This document shows, piece after piece, positions 31,433 to 41,195 of a stretch of 64,000 nucleotides of DNA. The translations under genes were made by a program, and so were the position numbers. Each line of letters opens with the position of its first letter. Within the stretch, counting starts at the first letter, position 1. Location: positions 318,546 through 382,545 of the forward strand of contig CAWBFT010000049.1 in NCBI GenBank assembly GCA_963788135.1, given 5' to 3'. The notes under the pieces are model-generated. The model was not told where the DNA came from. It did not search any database and worked only from the letters and a program-made list of their open reading frames with translations. The stretch is from an uncultured Gammaproteobacteria bacterium (GTDB lineage: Bacteria; Pseudomonadota; Gammaproteobacteria; Methylococcales; Methylomonadaceae).

Positions 31433-32569
31433 ATGTTTATAAAAAATTTTATCAATAAGAACGAACGCGGTTTGTTGTTCGAACGCGGCGATTTCGTAAG
31501 GATTTTATCGCCTGGTGAATACCGTTTCTTTGTGCCATTTAAAAAACTGTCCATAAATAAAGTGCCAATCGATACGGTTTGCACAGATGAGACTTTATTA
31601 AATTACCTGCAAAAACATGAGCAGGAAGTTGCTGCGAAATACTTGACTATTTTCGAGCTGGCCGACTACGAAGCCGGTTTGCTTTATCAGGATAATAAAC
31701 TGGTCGAGATTCTGGCGCCAGCCACCCGCCGTGCTTACTGGAAAGGCGATGTTGATTTAAAAATGGAAAAAGTCGATTTAACTGCCGATTATGTAGTCGA
31801 TGAAAAACTGGGCCAACGCTTCAAGCAATCTGCCATTAAAAGTCGAGAAGTAAAAGGTGCGGATTGCATATTGTTTGCGCGTATTCCGGCGTATTTTGTC
31901 GGCGTATTGAAGGTGGATGGCAAGGTTGTGCGCTTGATGACGGCTTCTACTGAAGCTTTTTGGGATTTTAACCGTGATATCGTGGTGGAAACTGTGGATA
32001 CCCGCTTGCAAAACATGGAAATCAGCGGTCAGGAAATCTTAACCAAGGACAAAGTGGCGTTACGGTTAAGTCTGATAGCCACCTGGAAATACAGCGATCT
32101 GTTAAAGGCGTTTGAAAAGCTGAACAAACCGGCGGATCATTTGTATTACGAATTGCAATTCGCCTTGCGTGAAGCGGTGGGCGAACGGACGCTGGATAAT
32201 TTGCTGGAAAACAAACAATCGCTGAATACGATATTGTTAAATTTGGTTAAAACCAAGTTAGCGGAATTCGGCATTGAGGTGGCGAGCGTCGGTTTACGCG
32301 ACATCATCTTGCCAGGTGAAATGAAAACCATCCTCGCGCAGGTGGTAGAAGCGCAAAAAGCCGCCGAAGCTAATGTGATCAGACGGCGTGAAGAAACCAA
32401 TGCGACCCGCTCGCTGTTGAACACCGCGAAAGTGATGGAGGAAAACGCCACCGCCTTGAGGCTGAAAGAGCTGGAAACCTTGGAGCGGGTAGCCGAGCGG
32501 ATCGATAAGATTTCCGTTTATGGCGGACTGGATCAAGTGTTGAATGGCTTGGTTAACATCAAAGTGTAA
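31433..32569 (+). CDS. SPFH (band 7 / stomatin-prohibitin-flotillin) domain protein without a transmembrane segment, with an uncharacterised N-terminal region of about 190 aa
   Basis: The C-terminal half carries an SPFH core (GIEVASVGLRDIILPGEM...AQVVEAQKAAEANVIRRREE) and a coiled coil. RBS GGAAGGGAA upstream. Confidence 0.7.
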   Translation: MFIKNFINKNERGLLFERGDFVRILSPGEYRFFVPFKKLSINKVPIDTVCTDETLLNYLQKHEQEVAAKYLTIFELADYEAGLLYQDNKLVEILAPATRRAYWKGDVDLKMEKVDLTADYVVDEKLGQRFKQSAIKSREVKGADCILFARIPAYFVGVLKVDGKVVRLMTASTEAFWDFNRDIVVETVDTRLQNMEISGQEILTKDKVALRLSLIATWKYSDLLKAFEKLNKPADHLYYELQFALREAVGERTLDNLLENKQSLNTILLNLVKTKLAEFGIEVASVGLRDIILPGEMKTILAQVVEAQKAAEANVIRRREETNATRSLLNTAKVMEENATALRLKELETLERVAERIDKISVYGGLDQVLNGLVNIKV

Positions 32570-32570
32570 G

Positions 32571-32598
32571 AGCCTGCCCGCAAGGGCAGGTTTTTTAT
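32571..32598 (+). terminator. Rho-independent terminator
   Basis: GCCTGCCCGCAAGGGCAGG followed by TTTTTTATT. Confidence 0.85.
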
Positions 32599-32621
32599 TC
32601 ATCAACTACCTCCCAAAAAAA

Positions 32622-33524
32622 TTAATTAGGTAAAATCTTAAAATTAGTCACTAACTCATGCTGTCCTCCCGCCGGAATCTGGAGCAAGTCAAATGCAATA
32701 TTCCCGGTTTCCACGCAAACAAAGTGCCGGTAATCCTGATTTCCTAAATCCTCCATTTTTCTGGAGGTTTTCTGCCACGGATTCCAAACCACGCCGGTTT
32801 TGCAATGCTGCGAGGCAATTTCAATACGGCGGTTAAGAGATGGGTCAACCAGCACGAGATTATTGTCGATATCCTCATAAATGCGGTCGGTTTCTTCGCT
32901 GATGGTGACAATTCCTGTTTGCAGTTTTTCTTTGCCCTGGTCCAGCTTGTCGAAATAGCGGCAACCTTCCAGGCCTAAAACTTGCGCCTGATTTATATCA
33001 CCCACTTTAAAATAGGTGTGGAACGCTTGGGTGATGGAAAAGGCTTTATCGCCGGTATTCTCGGTTAACAATTTCAGGGTTAAGGTTTTTCCGATGATAA
33101 ATTCCAATGTTAACCGGAATGGCTGTTTCCAGGTCCTTTCTTGCTTCTGGCTTTCAATAAATTCCAGTGAAATTCTGGTTTCTGTTTCTGTGCTGAATGT
33201 GTTGATGATGCGCCATAAATTATTTCGAACGAAACCATGATTGGGCCGTTGCAAGCCCTTTGGATCGGGGCCAAACCATGGCCAACAGACGGGAATGCCA
33301 CCGCGAATGGCTTTACCTGTTTCGTAGAACGATTTTTTACTGAGAAAGAGCATGTCGCTGACTTGATCATGCGGCTTATAAGTGAGTATTTGCCCGCCGT
33401 GCAGTGAGATTAGCGCTTTTGCATTTAAGTTATTTATTTCTATAAACGGGAAATCGCCTTTGCCGGAAACAAAACTGACGTGGTTTTGGATGCTGAAATT
33501 ATCATGGAGTTGTTGAGTGGTCAT
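32622..33524 (-). CDS. yeaD: D-hexose-6-phosphate mutarotase (glucose-6-phosphate 1-epimerase, YeaD family)
   Basis: 300 aa. Aldose-epimerase-like motifs (GGIPVCWPWFG, HGFVRN). Confidence 0.8.
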   Translation of the reverse strand: MTTQQLHDNFSIQNHVSFVSGKGDFPFIEINNLNAKALISLHGGQILTYKPHDQVSDMLFLSKKSFYETGKAIRGGIPVCWPWFGPDPKGLQRPNHGFVRNNLWRIINTFSTETETRISLEFIESQKQERTWKQPFRLTLEFIIGKTLTLKLLTENTGDKAFSITQAFHTYFKVGDINQAQVLGLEGCRYFDKLDQGKEKLQTGIVTISEETDRIYEDIDNNLVLVDPSLNRRIEIASQHCKTGVVWNPWQKTSRKMEDLGNQDYRHFVCVETGNIAFDLLQIPAGGQHELVTNFKILPN

Positions 33525-33620
33525 ATCCTTCTTGATAGCTAGGGTTGTATCGTGAAACAGTCTTTTTCACAGAAAATAATGTTCATCTTAGCAAATACCG
33601 CTATCATTGCATTAAGTTAA

Positions 33621-34780
33621 GGAATCTCTGATTAAGTCACCCGAAATTGCTAATATTACTATCAACATAACATCAGGGTAGCCAAGCCATGAAGCAACAG
33701 AGCCTAGCATCGTTGACCTTTGAAGGGATGAAGAAACGCACCAAGCGAGAGAAGTTCCTGAGTGAAATGGAACAAGTCATACCCTGGGAACGGTTGCTGA
33801 AGTTGATTGAACCGCATTACCCTAAGGCCGGGAAAGGCCGTCAACCGATGGGGTTAAACGTGATGTTGCGGATTTACTGCCTGCAACAATGGTATGGCCT
33901 GTCCGACCCTGGGGCGGAAGAGGCGCTGTACGACATGGAATCAATGCGCCGCTTTGCTGGCTTGGAATTGGGTGAAGATGTGATCCCAGACGAGTCCACG
34001 ATCCTGAACTTCCGCCACTTGCTGGAACAGCATAACCTGACCCATGCGGTGTTCGAGGCGGTCAAGGCGTACTTGACCGAACAAGGCCTATTGCTGGCTG
34101 GGGGTAGTATCGTTGACGCGACCATCATCCATGCGCCGCCGTCCACCAAAAACCAAGCCAAGCAGCGCGACCCTGAGATGAGTTCGACCAAGAAAGGCAA
34201 CACCTGGCATTTTGGCATGAAAGCCCATATCAGTGTCGATGCCAACAGCGGCCTCATCCACACCGTCGGCATCACCACGGCGAGCGACCACGACAGCAGC
34301 GTCATCGGCGAATTGGTCAGGGAGGACGACCGCGCGGTGTTTGGCGACAAAGGGTATTACAACGACCAAATTAAGCAGGCAGCACGAAAGGCTGGTGTGT
34401 ACTGGGCGGTGCTGGACAAGGCCAAGCGCAACCGGAAGCTGTCGGCCTCGCAACGCAAGCGGAACAAAAAGCACGCGTCGGTCAGGGCGAAAGTGGAACA
34501 TGTCTTCCGCATCGTCAAGTGCCAGTTCGGATACCGCAAGACCCGTTATAAAGGAATCGCCAAGAACGCGGCGCAGGTATTTTCGCTGATGGCCTTGGCA
34601 AACCTGTACCAAGCCCGAGGTGCTTTGTTGGCGGTTGCAGGATAACTGCGCCCTAAACGCCTCAAATCGGAACAAATTCCGAGTTTGGGGCGTAACAAAA
34701 TGGGAATGAAGACACTTTTGTTGCCGTTTGGCGCTTTCCAACTAAACGGTAAGTTTTCCGTTGAGTTGTTCAGAGATTCC
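33621..34780 (+). mobile_element. IS5-family insertion sequence (about 1160 bp) flanked by a TTAA target-site duplication
   Basis: Terminal inverted repeats GGAATCTCTGA... at 33621 and ...TCAGAGATTCC ending at 34780. TTAA on both flanks (33617-33620, 34781-34784). The internal transposase gene has higher GC than its surroundings. Confidence 0.8.
33689..34645 (+). CDS. IS5-family DDE transposase
   Basis: 318 aa. IS5/IS1182-type motifs (NVMLRIYCLQQWYGLSD, VDATIIHAP, DKGYYN, FGYRKTRYKGIAKNA). Confidence 0.9.
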   Translation: MKQQSLASLTFEGMKKRTKREKFLSEMEQVIPWERLLKLIEPHYPKAGKGRQPMGLNVMLRIYCLQQWYGLSDPGAEEALYDMESMRRFAGLELGEDVIPDESTILNFRHLLEQHNLTHAVFEAVKAYLTEQGLLLAGGSIVDATIIHAPPSTKNQAKQRDPEMSSTKKGNTWHFGMKAHISVDANSGLIHTVGITTASDHDSSVIGELVREDDRAVFGDKGYYNDQIKQAARKAGVYWAVLDKAKRNRKLSASQRKRNKKHASVRAKVEHVFRIVKCQFGYRKTRYKGIAKNAAQVFSLMALANLYQARGALLAVAG

Positions 34781-34914
34781 TTAAGTGTGTTCAATAAGTT
34801 ATATCGTAAAAAGTTAACAAATTGCGTTCTATTTGGTGCAAAGTTTTATATTGAGTTGTTAGATTTAATTTGTTTTAAACAAGAAGTTTTTCCAAAGGTT
34901 AACAAGAAGAGGTA

Positions 34915-35910
34915 ATGATGCAGCTAGGTATGATCGGGCTCGGTAAGATGGGGGCTAACATGGTAAGGCGATTAATGGCGGGAGGTCACCAGTGCGTAGG
35001 CTTTGATGTCAATAAGGCGAGTGTTGATGCAATGGCTCAAGAAGGCGCGCAAGGCGCATACACTTTGGAAGAACTGGTTAACAAACTGCAGTCGCCCAGA
35101 GTCCTTTGGTGCATGGTGCCGGCGGGGGAGTTAACCGAAAAGACCGTAGCCGCGCTAGAAGTGCTGCTGGATGCTGGCGATATCATCATTGATGGCGGCA
35201 ACTCGTTTTACAAGGATGGCGTGCGCCGGAGCAAAATGCTGGCAGAAAAAGGCATTCATTATGTCGACGTCGGCACTAGTGGCGGCGTTTGGGGCGTAAG
35301 TCGCGGTTATTGCCTGATGATAGGCGGAGCGCAGGAACCCGTCCAGAGGTTGGATCCTATTTTCAAGACGCTTGCCCCGGGCAAAGGCGATATTCCTACA
35401 ACTCCGGGTCGAGATAATCCAACTGGTACGGCAGATCAAGGGTATCTGCATTGTGGTCCCGTGGGGTCGGGTCATTTCGTCAAGATGATCCATAACGGCA
35501 TCGAATACGGCATGATGATGGCGTATGCTGAAGGCTTCGGCATTATGCGCCATGCCGGCGACGATCATCTGCCTGTCGATCATCAATATGATCTTAACCT
35601 GTCTGAGATTGCCGAACTTTGGCGGCGCGGCAGTGTTATTGAGTCATGGTTGCTCGATCTTACTTCGATAGCCTTGCACGAAGACGATGATTTATCTGGG
35701 TTTTCAGGTTATGTGGAAGATTCCGGAGAAGGCCGCTGGACGGTACAGGCTGCGATTGAGGAAGCCGTCCCCGCACATGTGTTAACCGCAGCGTTATTCG
35801 AGCGATTCCGCTCGCGCCAGCAAAATACCTTTTCAGACAAAGTGGTTTCTGCGATGCGTAAGCAATTCGGTGGGCATGTGGAAAAGAAAAAGCCCGAAAC
35901 CAAAGGTTGA
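34915..35910 (+). CDS. gnd: 6-phosphogluconate dehydrogenase (decarboxylating), short Gnd-like/YqeC form
   Basis: Rossmann motif [15 protein letters not shown] and a 6PGD C-terminal domain. 331 aa. Confidence 0.8.
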   Translation: MMQLGMIGLGKMGANMVRRLMAGGHQCVGFDVNKASVDAMAQEGAQGAYTLEELVNKLQSPRVLWCMVPAGELTEKTVAALEVLLDAGDIIIDGGNSFYKDGVRRSKMLAEKGIHYVDVGTSGGVWGVSRGYCLMIGGAQEPVQRLDPIFKTLAPGKGDIPTTPGRDNPTGTADQGYLHCGPVGSGHFVKMIHNGIEYGMMMAYAEGFGIMRHAGDDHLPVDHQYDLNLSEIAELWRRGSVIESWLLDLTSIALHEDDDLSGFSGYVEDSGEGRWTVQAAIEEAVPAHVLTAALFERFRSRQQNTFSDKVVSAMRKQFGGHVEKKKPETKG

Positions 35911-35963
35911 CCAAAGTTAAAAGTAAACAGTAACCCCCATCTGTGCCGCTTTTGGAGCCATAA

Positions 35964-37508
35964 ATGCCCGACTTAAAAAATGATAATCCCCTTACCGCCG
36001 GAATCAACATAACTCATGCGCCGCAGCCGTGCACTTTGGTCATATTCGGCGGTGGCGGCGATTTAACCCGGCGTAAACTTTTGCCTGCTATTTATAATCA
36101 AGGGCTTGAAGGAGAATTACCCGCCAATTTCGCCGTGTTAGGGTTGGCTATCGAGAAAATGGATGACGCGGAATACCGTCAATTTGCTAAAAAAGGCATC
36201 GAACAATTCTCCAGGCAACCTTTGGAAGCGAATTACTGGACAGGTTTCGAACGCTGTCTGCATTATATTCAGGGTTCATTCGACGATCCGGAAGTTTATG
36301 TTAAGTTGAAAGCTCGCCTTGCCGAGATTGACGCTAATTTTGGCATCCCTGGCAATCGTGTGTTTTATCTGGCGATTCCTCCGACGTTTATTGAAACGTG
36401 TGTGCGCCAATTAAAAGCGGCAGGACTGGTCATGCCGGTTGACGGCCATAGCCCCTTTTCGCGGATTATTGTTGAAAAACCTATCGGAAGGGATCTGGAA
36501 AGCGCGCGCTTGGTTAATGCGACCTTGTCCGAAAGCTTTGATGAGCAGCAAATTTACCGCATCGACCATTATCTGGGAAAGGAGACGGTGCAGAATATCT
36601 TGGCTATGCGTTTCGGCAATGCCATTTTTGAGCCGTTATGGAATTCAAAACATATTGACCATGTACAGATTACAGTAGCGGAAGAAGAGGGTGTCGGTAC
36701 GCGCGCGGGTTACTACGATAGCGCCGGTGCGCTGAGGGACATGATCCAGAATCATATTTTGCAATTGTTAACCTTGATCGCCATGGAACCACCCTGGATT
36801 ATGGATGCTGATGTGATTCGCGACCATCGGCAGGATATCCTTAACTGCTTGCGTCCAATTACCAGAGAGACGTTCGACCAGCATGTGGTGCGCGCCCAAT
36901 ACGGCCCCGGCTTTCATCATGGCGAAGACGTGCCAGGATACCGACGTGAAGCGGGCGTGTCGCAGGATTCCATTACTGAAACTTACGTGGCATTGAAAGT
37001 GTTCATCGACAATTGGCGGTGGTCGGGCGTACCTTTTTATATTCGTACCGGTAAACGCATGCCGAAGCGAGCAAGTGAAATTGCTATCCAGTTTAAAAGT
37101 GTGCCGCCGATTTTATTTAATGCTAACCATGATCAACCTTTGGAACCTAATGTATTGGCGTTAAGCATCCAACCGAATGAAGGTTTGTCGTTAAGGATTG
37201 CAACAAAACTACCCGGCGCAAAGCTTAAAATTTTTCCTGTGAAGATGGATTTTCGTTATGGATCAACCTTTGGCGAGCAATCGCCGGAAGCGTATGAACG
37301 TTTGCTGCTGGACGTTATGGCGGGCGATGCAACGTTATTCATGCGGCGCGATTCGGTTGAATCATCGTGGGCGTGGATCGAAAATATTCTTGATGTGTGG
37401 TCGAGTAGTCGTACCCGTTGGATTCCTGAGTATGCTTCCGGCACCTGGGGGCCGATTGAGGCAGATCGATTAATCGAATCTGATAACCGCCAATGGCGTA
37501 CGCTATGA
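35964..37508 (+). CDS. zwf: Glucose-6-phosphate 1-dehydrogenase
   Basis: Motifs VIFGGGGDLTRRKL, RIDHYLGKE and EKPIGRD. Confidence 0.9.
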   Translation: MPDLKNDNPLTAGINITHAPQPCTLVIFGGGGDLTRRKLLPAIYNQGLEGELPANFAVLGLAIEKMDDAEYRQFAKKGIEQFSRQPLEANYWTGFERCLHYIQGSFDDPEVYVKLKARLAEIDANFGIPGNRVFYLAIPPTFIETCVRQLKAAGLVMPVDGHSPFSRIIVEKPIGRDLESARLVNATLSESFDEQQIYRIDHYLGKETVQNILAMRFGNAIFEPLWNSKHIDHVQITVAEEEGVGTRAGYYDSAGALRDMIQNHILQLLTLIAMEPPWIMDADVIRDHRQDILNCLRPITRETFDQHVVRAQYGPGFHHGEDVPGYRREAGVSQDSITETYVALKVFIDNWRWSGVPFYIRTGKRMPKRASEIAIQFKSVPPILFNANHDQPLEPNVLALSIQPNEGLSLRIATKLPGAKLKIFPVKMDFRYGSTFGEQSPEAYERLLLDVMAGDATLFMRRDSVESSWAWIENILDVWSSSRTRWIPEYASGTWGPIEADRLIESDNRQWRTL

Positions 37509-38641
37509 TGCATAAAGACTGCGTTTCCAAAGTTTTCAGGCAGGAATCCAATTTGGAGAGCATTGCCGATATTGAACCGGGTCTAGGCAGATTGTGGGCT
37601 AAGCTTAACCAGGACATCAACAGCGATGATTTTGCCGTGATCATGCGCGCTTGTATGTCGAATCTGATTATTTACTGTGATACCCCGCAAGAAGCTGAAA
37701 CGATTGATGAGGAAATCGCAGCGATTGTCGATGATCATCCCGCCCGCGTGATTTTGCTTGTTGATAATGGCAGCCCAAGCTCAGGTTCAATCGAAGCGGA
37801 TATCGAGCTGTATTACACTGAGCTGGATGATGGCTGGCAAGTCTGTGCAGAACGTATAGATATAACCGCGACCGCAGCCATGAAAGACCGTTTGCCTTAT
37901 GTGGTCAGGTCGTTGTTGGTCGGCGATTTGCCGACGACTTTCTGGTGGGCATCGCAGCGTGCGCCATCGATGGCGGGTGAGGTGTTCTTGCAACTGGCAA
38001 GTCTGGCAAATCAAGTCATATACGATAATGTCGGTTGGGTTAACCCGGCGCAAGGCGTCGCCACCATGACCCGTTGGGTAGAAGCGCAACAAAATAAACA
38101 GGTTGTGCATAATCTGGCTTGGCGGCGGTTTACCAATTGGCGCAAACTGATCGGACAAGTATTGGATCCTCAAGTGGCTCCAGGCGCATTGGACAATCTC
38201 CATACCATCGAAATATCCCATGGTCCTCATGCTTTGCCCACTGTCTGGCTATTAATTGGTTGGCTATCGGATCGTCTCAACTGGCAAGCTGTCGATGGCA
38301 AGCGTCTTTCTGATTCGGAGTTGATCTGGCGGTTCAGGAACAAGCAGCAAGCCATCAAAGTTCAAGTAAAACGCTTACCCGAAGGCGACCCGTTAATTTA
38401 CCGCCTGTTGTTTGACTGGAGCACTAAAACCAGTCACGATCGAATTTGTTTTGAGCGTTTGGATAGAGAGCGTATCGGCATCGTGGAAAAGGAATCGACG
38501 GTGCCCCCTCGGGTTTTTACCTCGCAAGTTCCGGAGCGTTGCACCTTAGTGACAGCACAACTGGCACAACGAACCAGGGATAAAATTTTTGAGAGCGCGC
38601 TAAAATCTTCTCAGGCGATGGCGGCCGTGTTTCAACAATAA
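37493..38641 (+). CDS. opcA: Glucose-6-phosphate dehydrogenase assembly protein OpcA
   Basis: 382 aa ORF overlapping the zwf 3' end by 16 nt, the usual zwf-opcA arrangement. OpcA-like N- and C-domains. Confidence 0.65.
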   Translation: MAYAMMHKDCVSKVFRQESNLESIADIEPGLGRLWAKLNQDINSDDFAVIMRACMSNLIIYCDTPQEAETIDEEIAAIVDDHPARVILLVDNGSPSSGSIEADIELYYTELDDGWQVCAERIDITATAAMKDRLPYVVRSLLVGDLPTTFWWASQRAPSMAGEVFLQLASLANQVIYDNVGWVNPAQGVATMTRWVEAQQNKQVVHNLAWRRFTNWRKLIGQVLDPQVAPGALDNLHTIEISHGPHALPTVWLLIGWLSDRLNWQAVDGKRLSDSELIWRFRNKQQAIKVQVKRLPEGDPLIYRLLFDWSTKTSHDRICFERLDRERIGIVEKESTVPPRVFTSQVPERCTLVTAQLAQRTRDKIFESALKSSQAMAAVFQQ

Positions 38642-38691
38642 ATGGTAATATGTTTTTTTTGAATTGGAAGTTAGCTGAATCGTTGAATACA

Positions 38692-40956
38692 TCAAAATAA
38701 ATCGACTGGATCAACATCCACGCTCCAGCGGATTTTTTTTGAAGTTTTGTTGTTGTCCAAATAATTAACTATCTCGGTTAACAACGCTTGCAAGTTTTTC
38801 CGGTTGCGGCTTTGCAGTAACAGTTGATAACGGTAAACGCCCACCCTTTTTTCCATAGGTGCGGCGACCGGGCCTAAAATTTGTGTATCCTTATTTTTAT
38901 GGGCTTGGGCGAAATTTGCCACATGCTGAAGAAATTCTATTACGAATCCTGATTTTTTTGCTTGTGCACGGAGCAAGGCATGATAGCTAAATGGAGGTAA
39001 CTGGGCTTGCTTGCGTTCCGCCAAAGTAATCTGGGCAAATCGATTATAACCTTCATGGATTAAAGTATTGAGCAAAGGATGCTCTGGATGGCGGGTTTGT
39101 AGGATGACTTTGCCGGGTTTTTCCGCGCGTCCTGCCCGCCCTGAGATTTGTACGATAAGCTGGGCCAAACGCTCTGCTGCTCGGTAATCGATGCTGAACA
39201 AGCCGCTATCGACATCGACAATCGCCACCAGGGTGACATTTGGAAAATGATGGCCTTTGGCTAACATTTGCGTGCCGAGAACAATATCGGCATGACCTTC
39301 GTTGATTTGGGCAAGATAGCGTTCCAGCGAACCTTTGCGCTGCGTGGTGTCGCGATCCAGTCGAACCAGTGTCTTATCGGGGAAAACCTCTTCTAGAGCA
39401 ATTTCTATACGTTCAGTACCCAAACCCAAGGGGGTTAACTCCTCCGAATTGCAAGCGGGGCATGATGGCGGTAACCGTTGCTCTTTGCAGCAGTGATGAC
39501 AACGAAGCAACTTGCTATGGCTGTGGACAACAAGGTTGGCGTCACAATGTTTACAACGGGCTACCCATCCGCAGCCATGGCAAGTCAAGGTAGGGGCAAA
39601 GCCGCGGCGGTTAAGAAAGATCAAAACTTGTTCGTCTTTTGCTAAAACCTTGCGAATTTCGCCAATCAATGCTTCGGAAAGCCCATGGTGCATTCTTTTG
39701 TTTCTGATATCCAACAAATACAAGGTTGGTTCAACCGCATTGCCAGCGCGTTCGGACAAGATAAGATGACGATAACGCTGTTGTCCGGCGTTATACAGAC
39801 TTTCTAATGAGGGTGTCGCCGAACCAAGGAGTACAGGAATATTCAGCAATTTGCCGCGCACAATGGCGACATCGCGGGCAGAAAAGCGGAAACCTTCTTG
39901 CTGCTTGAACGAGGTATCGTGTTCTTCATCCAGAATAATTAATCCCGGATTTTTTAGCGGAGTTAACAAAACGGAACGAGTGCCTAGCAAAATGGCGCTT
40001 GTGCCTTGTTGTGTTTTAAGCCAAGCGGCATGACGTTGTTTGTCGGTTAACCCTGAATGCGATATCGCGATTGCCACGGAAAAACGTTGTTCGAAACGTT
40101 CCACTAATTGGGGGGTCAGGTTGATCTCCGGTACGAGTACCAAAACTTGTTGCCCGCGTGCTAATACAGAACGAATAATTTGCATGTACACTTCGGTTTT
40201 ACCACTGCCGGTTACACCTTCCAGCAGGAACACTTTAAAGCTATCCAGGGAAGACGTAACTGCATTTACCGCTGATTGTTGCTCTGTGCTCAAGGTAAAT
40301 GATTTTGAGCACCCTAGGGCTTCTAGGTTAGCTTTTTCGTTAGCCACTAAAGAAGAATTTATCTTTGGCGGCGGGTTGGCTTGTATCAATTGCTTGTCAA
40401 TTAGCGCTTTTATGGGGGATCGCCAGTTGAATCCCAGTTGATTTAACCCAATCTCGCTTAAACAAGAGGGTTTACTTTGTTGAAAATAAGCAAAAAGCTT
40501 TTGTTGTTTTGGTGAACGTTTAAGTTGTTCTATGGCTTCAATTTCGCCAAGTTTTGTGAGTGCATAATATTTTTCTTCGTTTTCAAGAGTAGCCGACTGG
40601 CCTCTGCGTAAGGTTAAAGGGAATGCCGTCTCCATAACTTCGCCCAGAGGATGATGATAATAATCGCTGGTCCATCGAAGTAGGCGAATATCTTGTGTAC
40701 ACAGAAGTGGCGCATCGTCAATAATATTGGTGATAGTTTTTAGTTGAGAAAAAGCAACGTTACTGTTTTTGGTAACTTCGATAAGGTAAGCAACTTTTTT
40801 ACTTTTGCCGAAAGGGACTTCCAGCCGTAATCCAGGAATTAAATTCTCGCGATCAACGGCTTCCGGTGCAAGGTAATCGAATAATCGGTATATAGGCACC
40901 GCGACCGCCACTCTTAAAATGAGCGGAGAAGCAGAATTTTGTGACTTAGCCAGCAT
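38692..40956 (-). CDS. priA: Primosomal protein N' (replication-restart helicase PriA)
   Basis: 754 aa. Walker A GVTGSGKTEVY and DEEH box. Cys-rich zinc-binding region (CHGCGWVARCKHCDANLVVH...CHHC). Confidence 0.9.
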   Translation of the reverse strand: MLAKSQNSASPLILRVAVAVPIYRLFDYLAPEAVDRENLIPGLRLEVPFGKSKKVAYLIEVTKNSNVAFSQLKTITNIIDDAPLLCTQDIRLLRWTSDYYHHPLGEVMETAFPLTLRRGQSATLENEEKYYALTKLGEIEAIEQLKRSPKQQKLFAYFQQSKPSCLSEIGLNQLGFNWRSPIKALIDKQLIQANPPPKINSSLVANEKANLEALGCSKSFTLSTEQQSAVNAVTSSLDSFKVFLLEGVTGSGKTEVYMQIIRSVLARGQQVLVLVPEINLTPQLVERFEQRFSVAIAISHSGLTDKQRHAAWLKTQQGTSAILLGTRSVLLTPLKNPGLIILDEEHDTSFKQQEGFRFSARDVAIVRGKLLNIPVLLGSATPSLESLYNAGQQRYRHLILSERAGNAVEPTLYLLDIRNKRMHHGLSEALIGEIRKVLAKDEQVLIFLNRRGFAPTLTCHGCGWVARCKHCDANLVVHSHSKLLRCHHCCKEQRLPPSCPACNSEELTPLGLGTERIEIALEEVFPDKTLVRLDRDTTQRKGSLERYLAQINEGHADIVLGTQMLAKGHHFPNVTLVAIVDVDSGLFSIDYRAAERLAQLIVQISGRAGRAEKPGKVILQTRHPEHPLLNTLIHEGYNRFAQITLAERKQAQLPPFSYHALLRAQAKKSGFVIEFLQHVANFAQAHKNKDTQILGPVAAPMEKRVGVYRYQLLLQSRNRKNLQALLTEIVNYLDNNKTSKKIRWSVDVDPVDLF

Positions 40957-41024
40957 CTTTGACAGAAATTTTATGTTAGCGAGCTAAGTTATTATGAAAC
41001 TTAAGGTAATTTAAGTTACCCACA

Positions 41025-41059
41025 AAAATTGTGGATAACTTTGTGGGTAAGTGCATTTT
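41025..41059. promoter_or_regulatory. Cluster of three DnaA boxes immediately upstream of priA
   Basis: TTACCCACA (1 mismatch), TGTGGATAA (perfect, reverse) and TGTGGGTAA (1 mismatch) within 35 bp. An ACCGTTAGTAACGGT palindrome followed by TTTTT lies just downstream. Confidence 0.5.
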
Positions 41060-41195
41060 TGTTACCGTTAGTAACGGTTTTTATTACAGTTTTGTTACAT
41101 TGCGTAGATTTTAATCTATTAAATATTACATGTAAATCAATTGGTTGTGTGTTAATCAAAAGCTTGTTCCTGGGATTTTGACCAACTTTACCAAT

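Noticed and set aside
33874-34741. 158-aa and 217-aa minus-strand ORFs and a 118-aa plus ORF overlapping the IS5 transposase gene
   Set aside because: They lie in the GC-rich transposase gene on the other strand or frame. The transposase reading frame is the one with family-wide homology.
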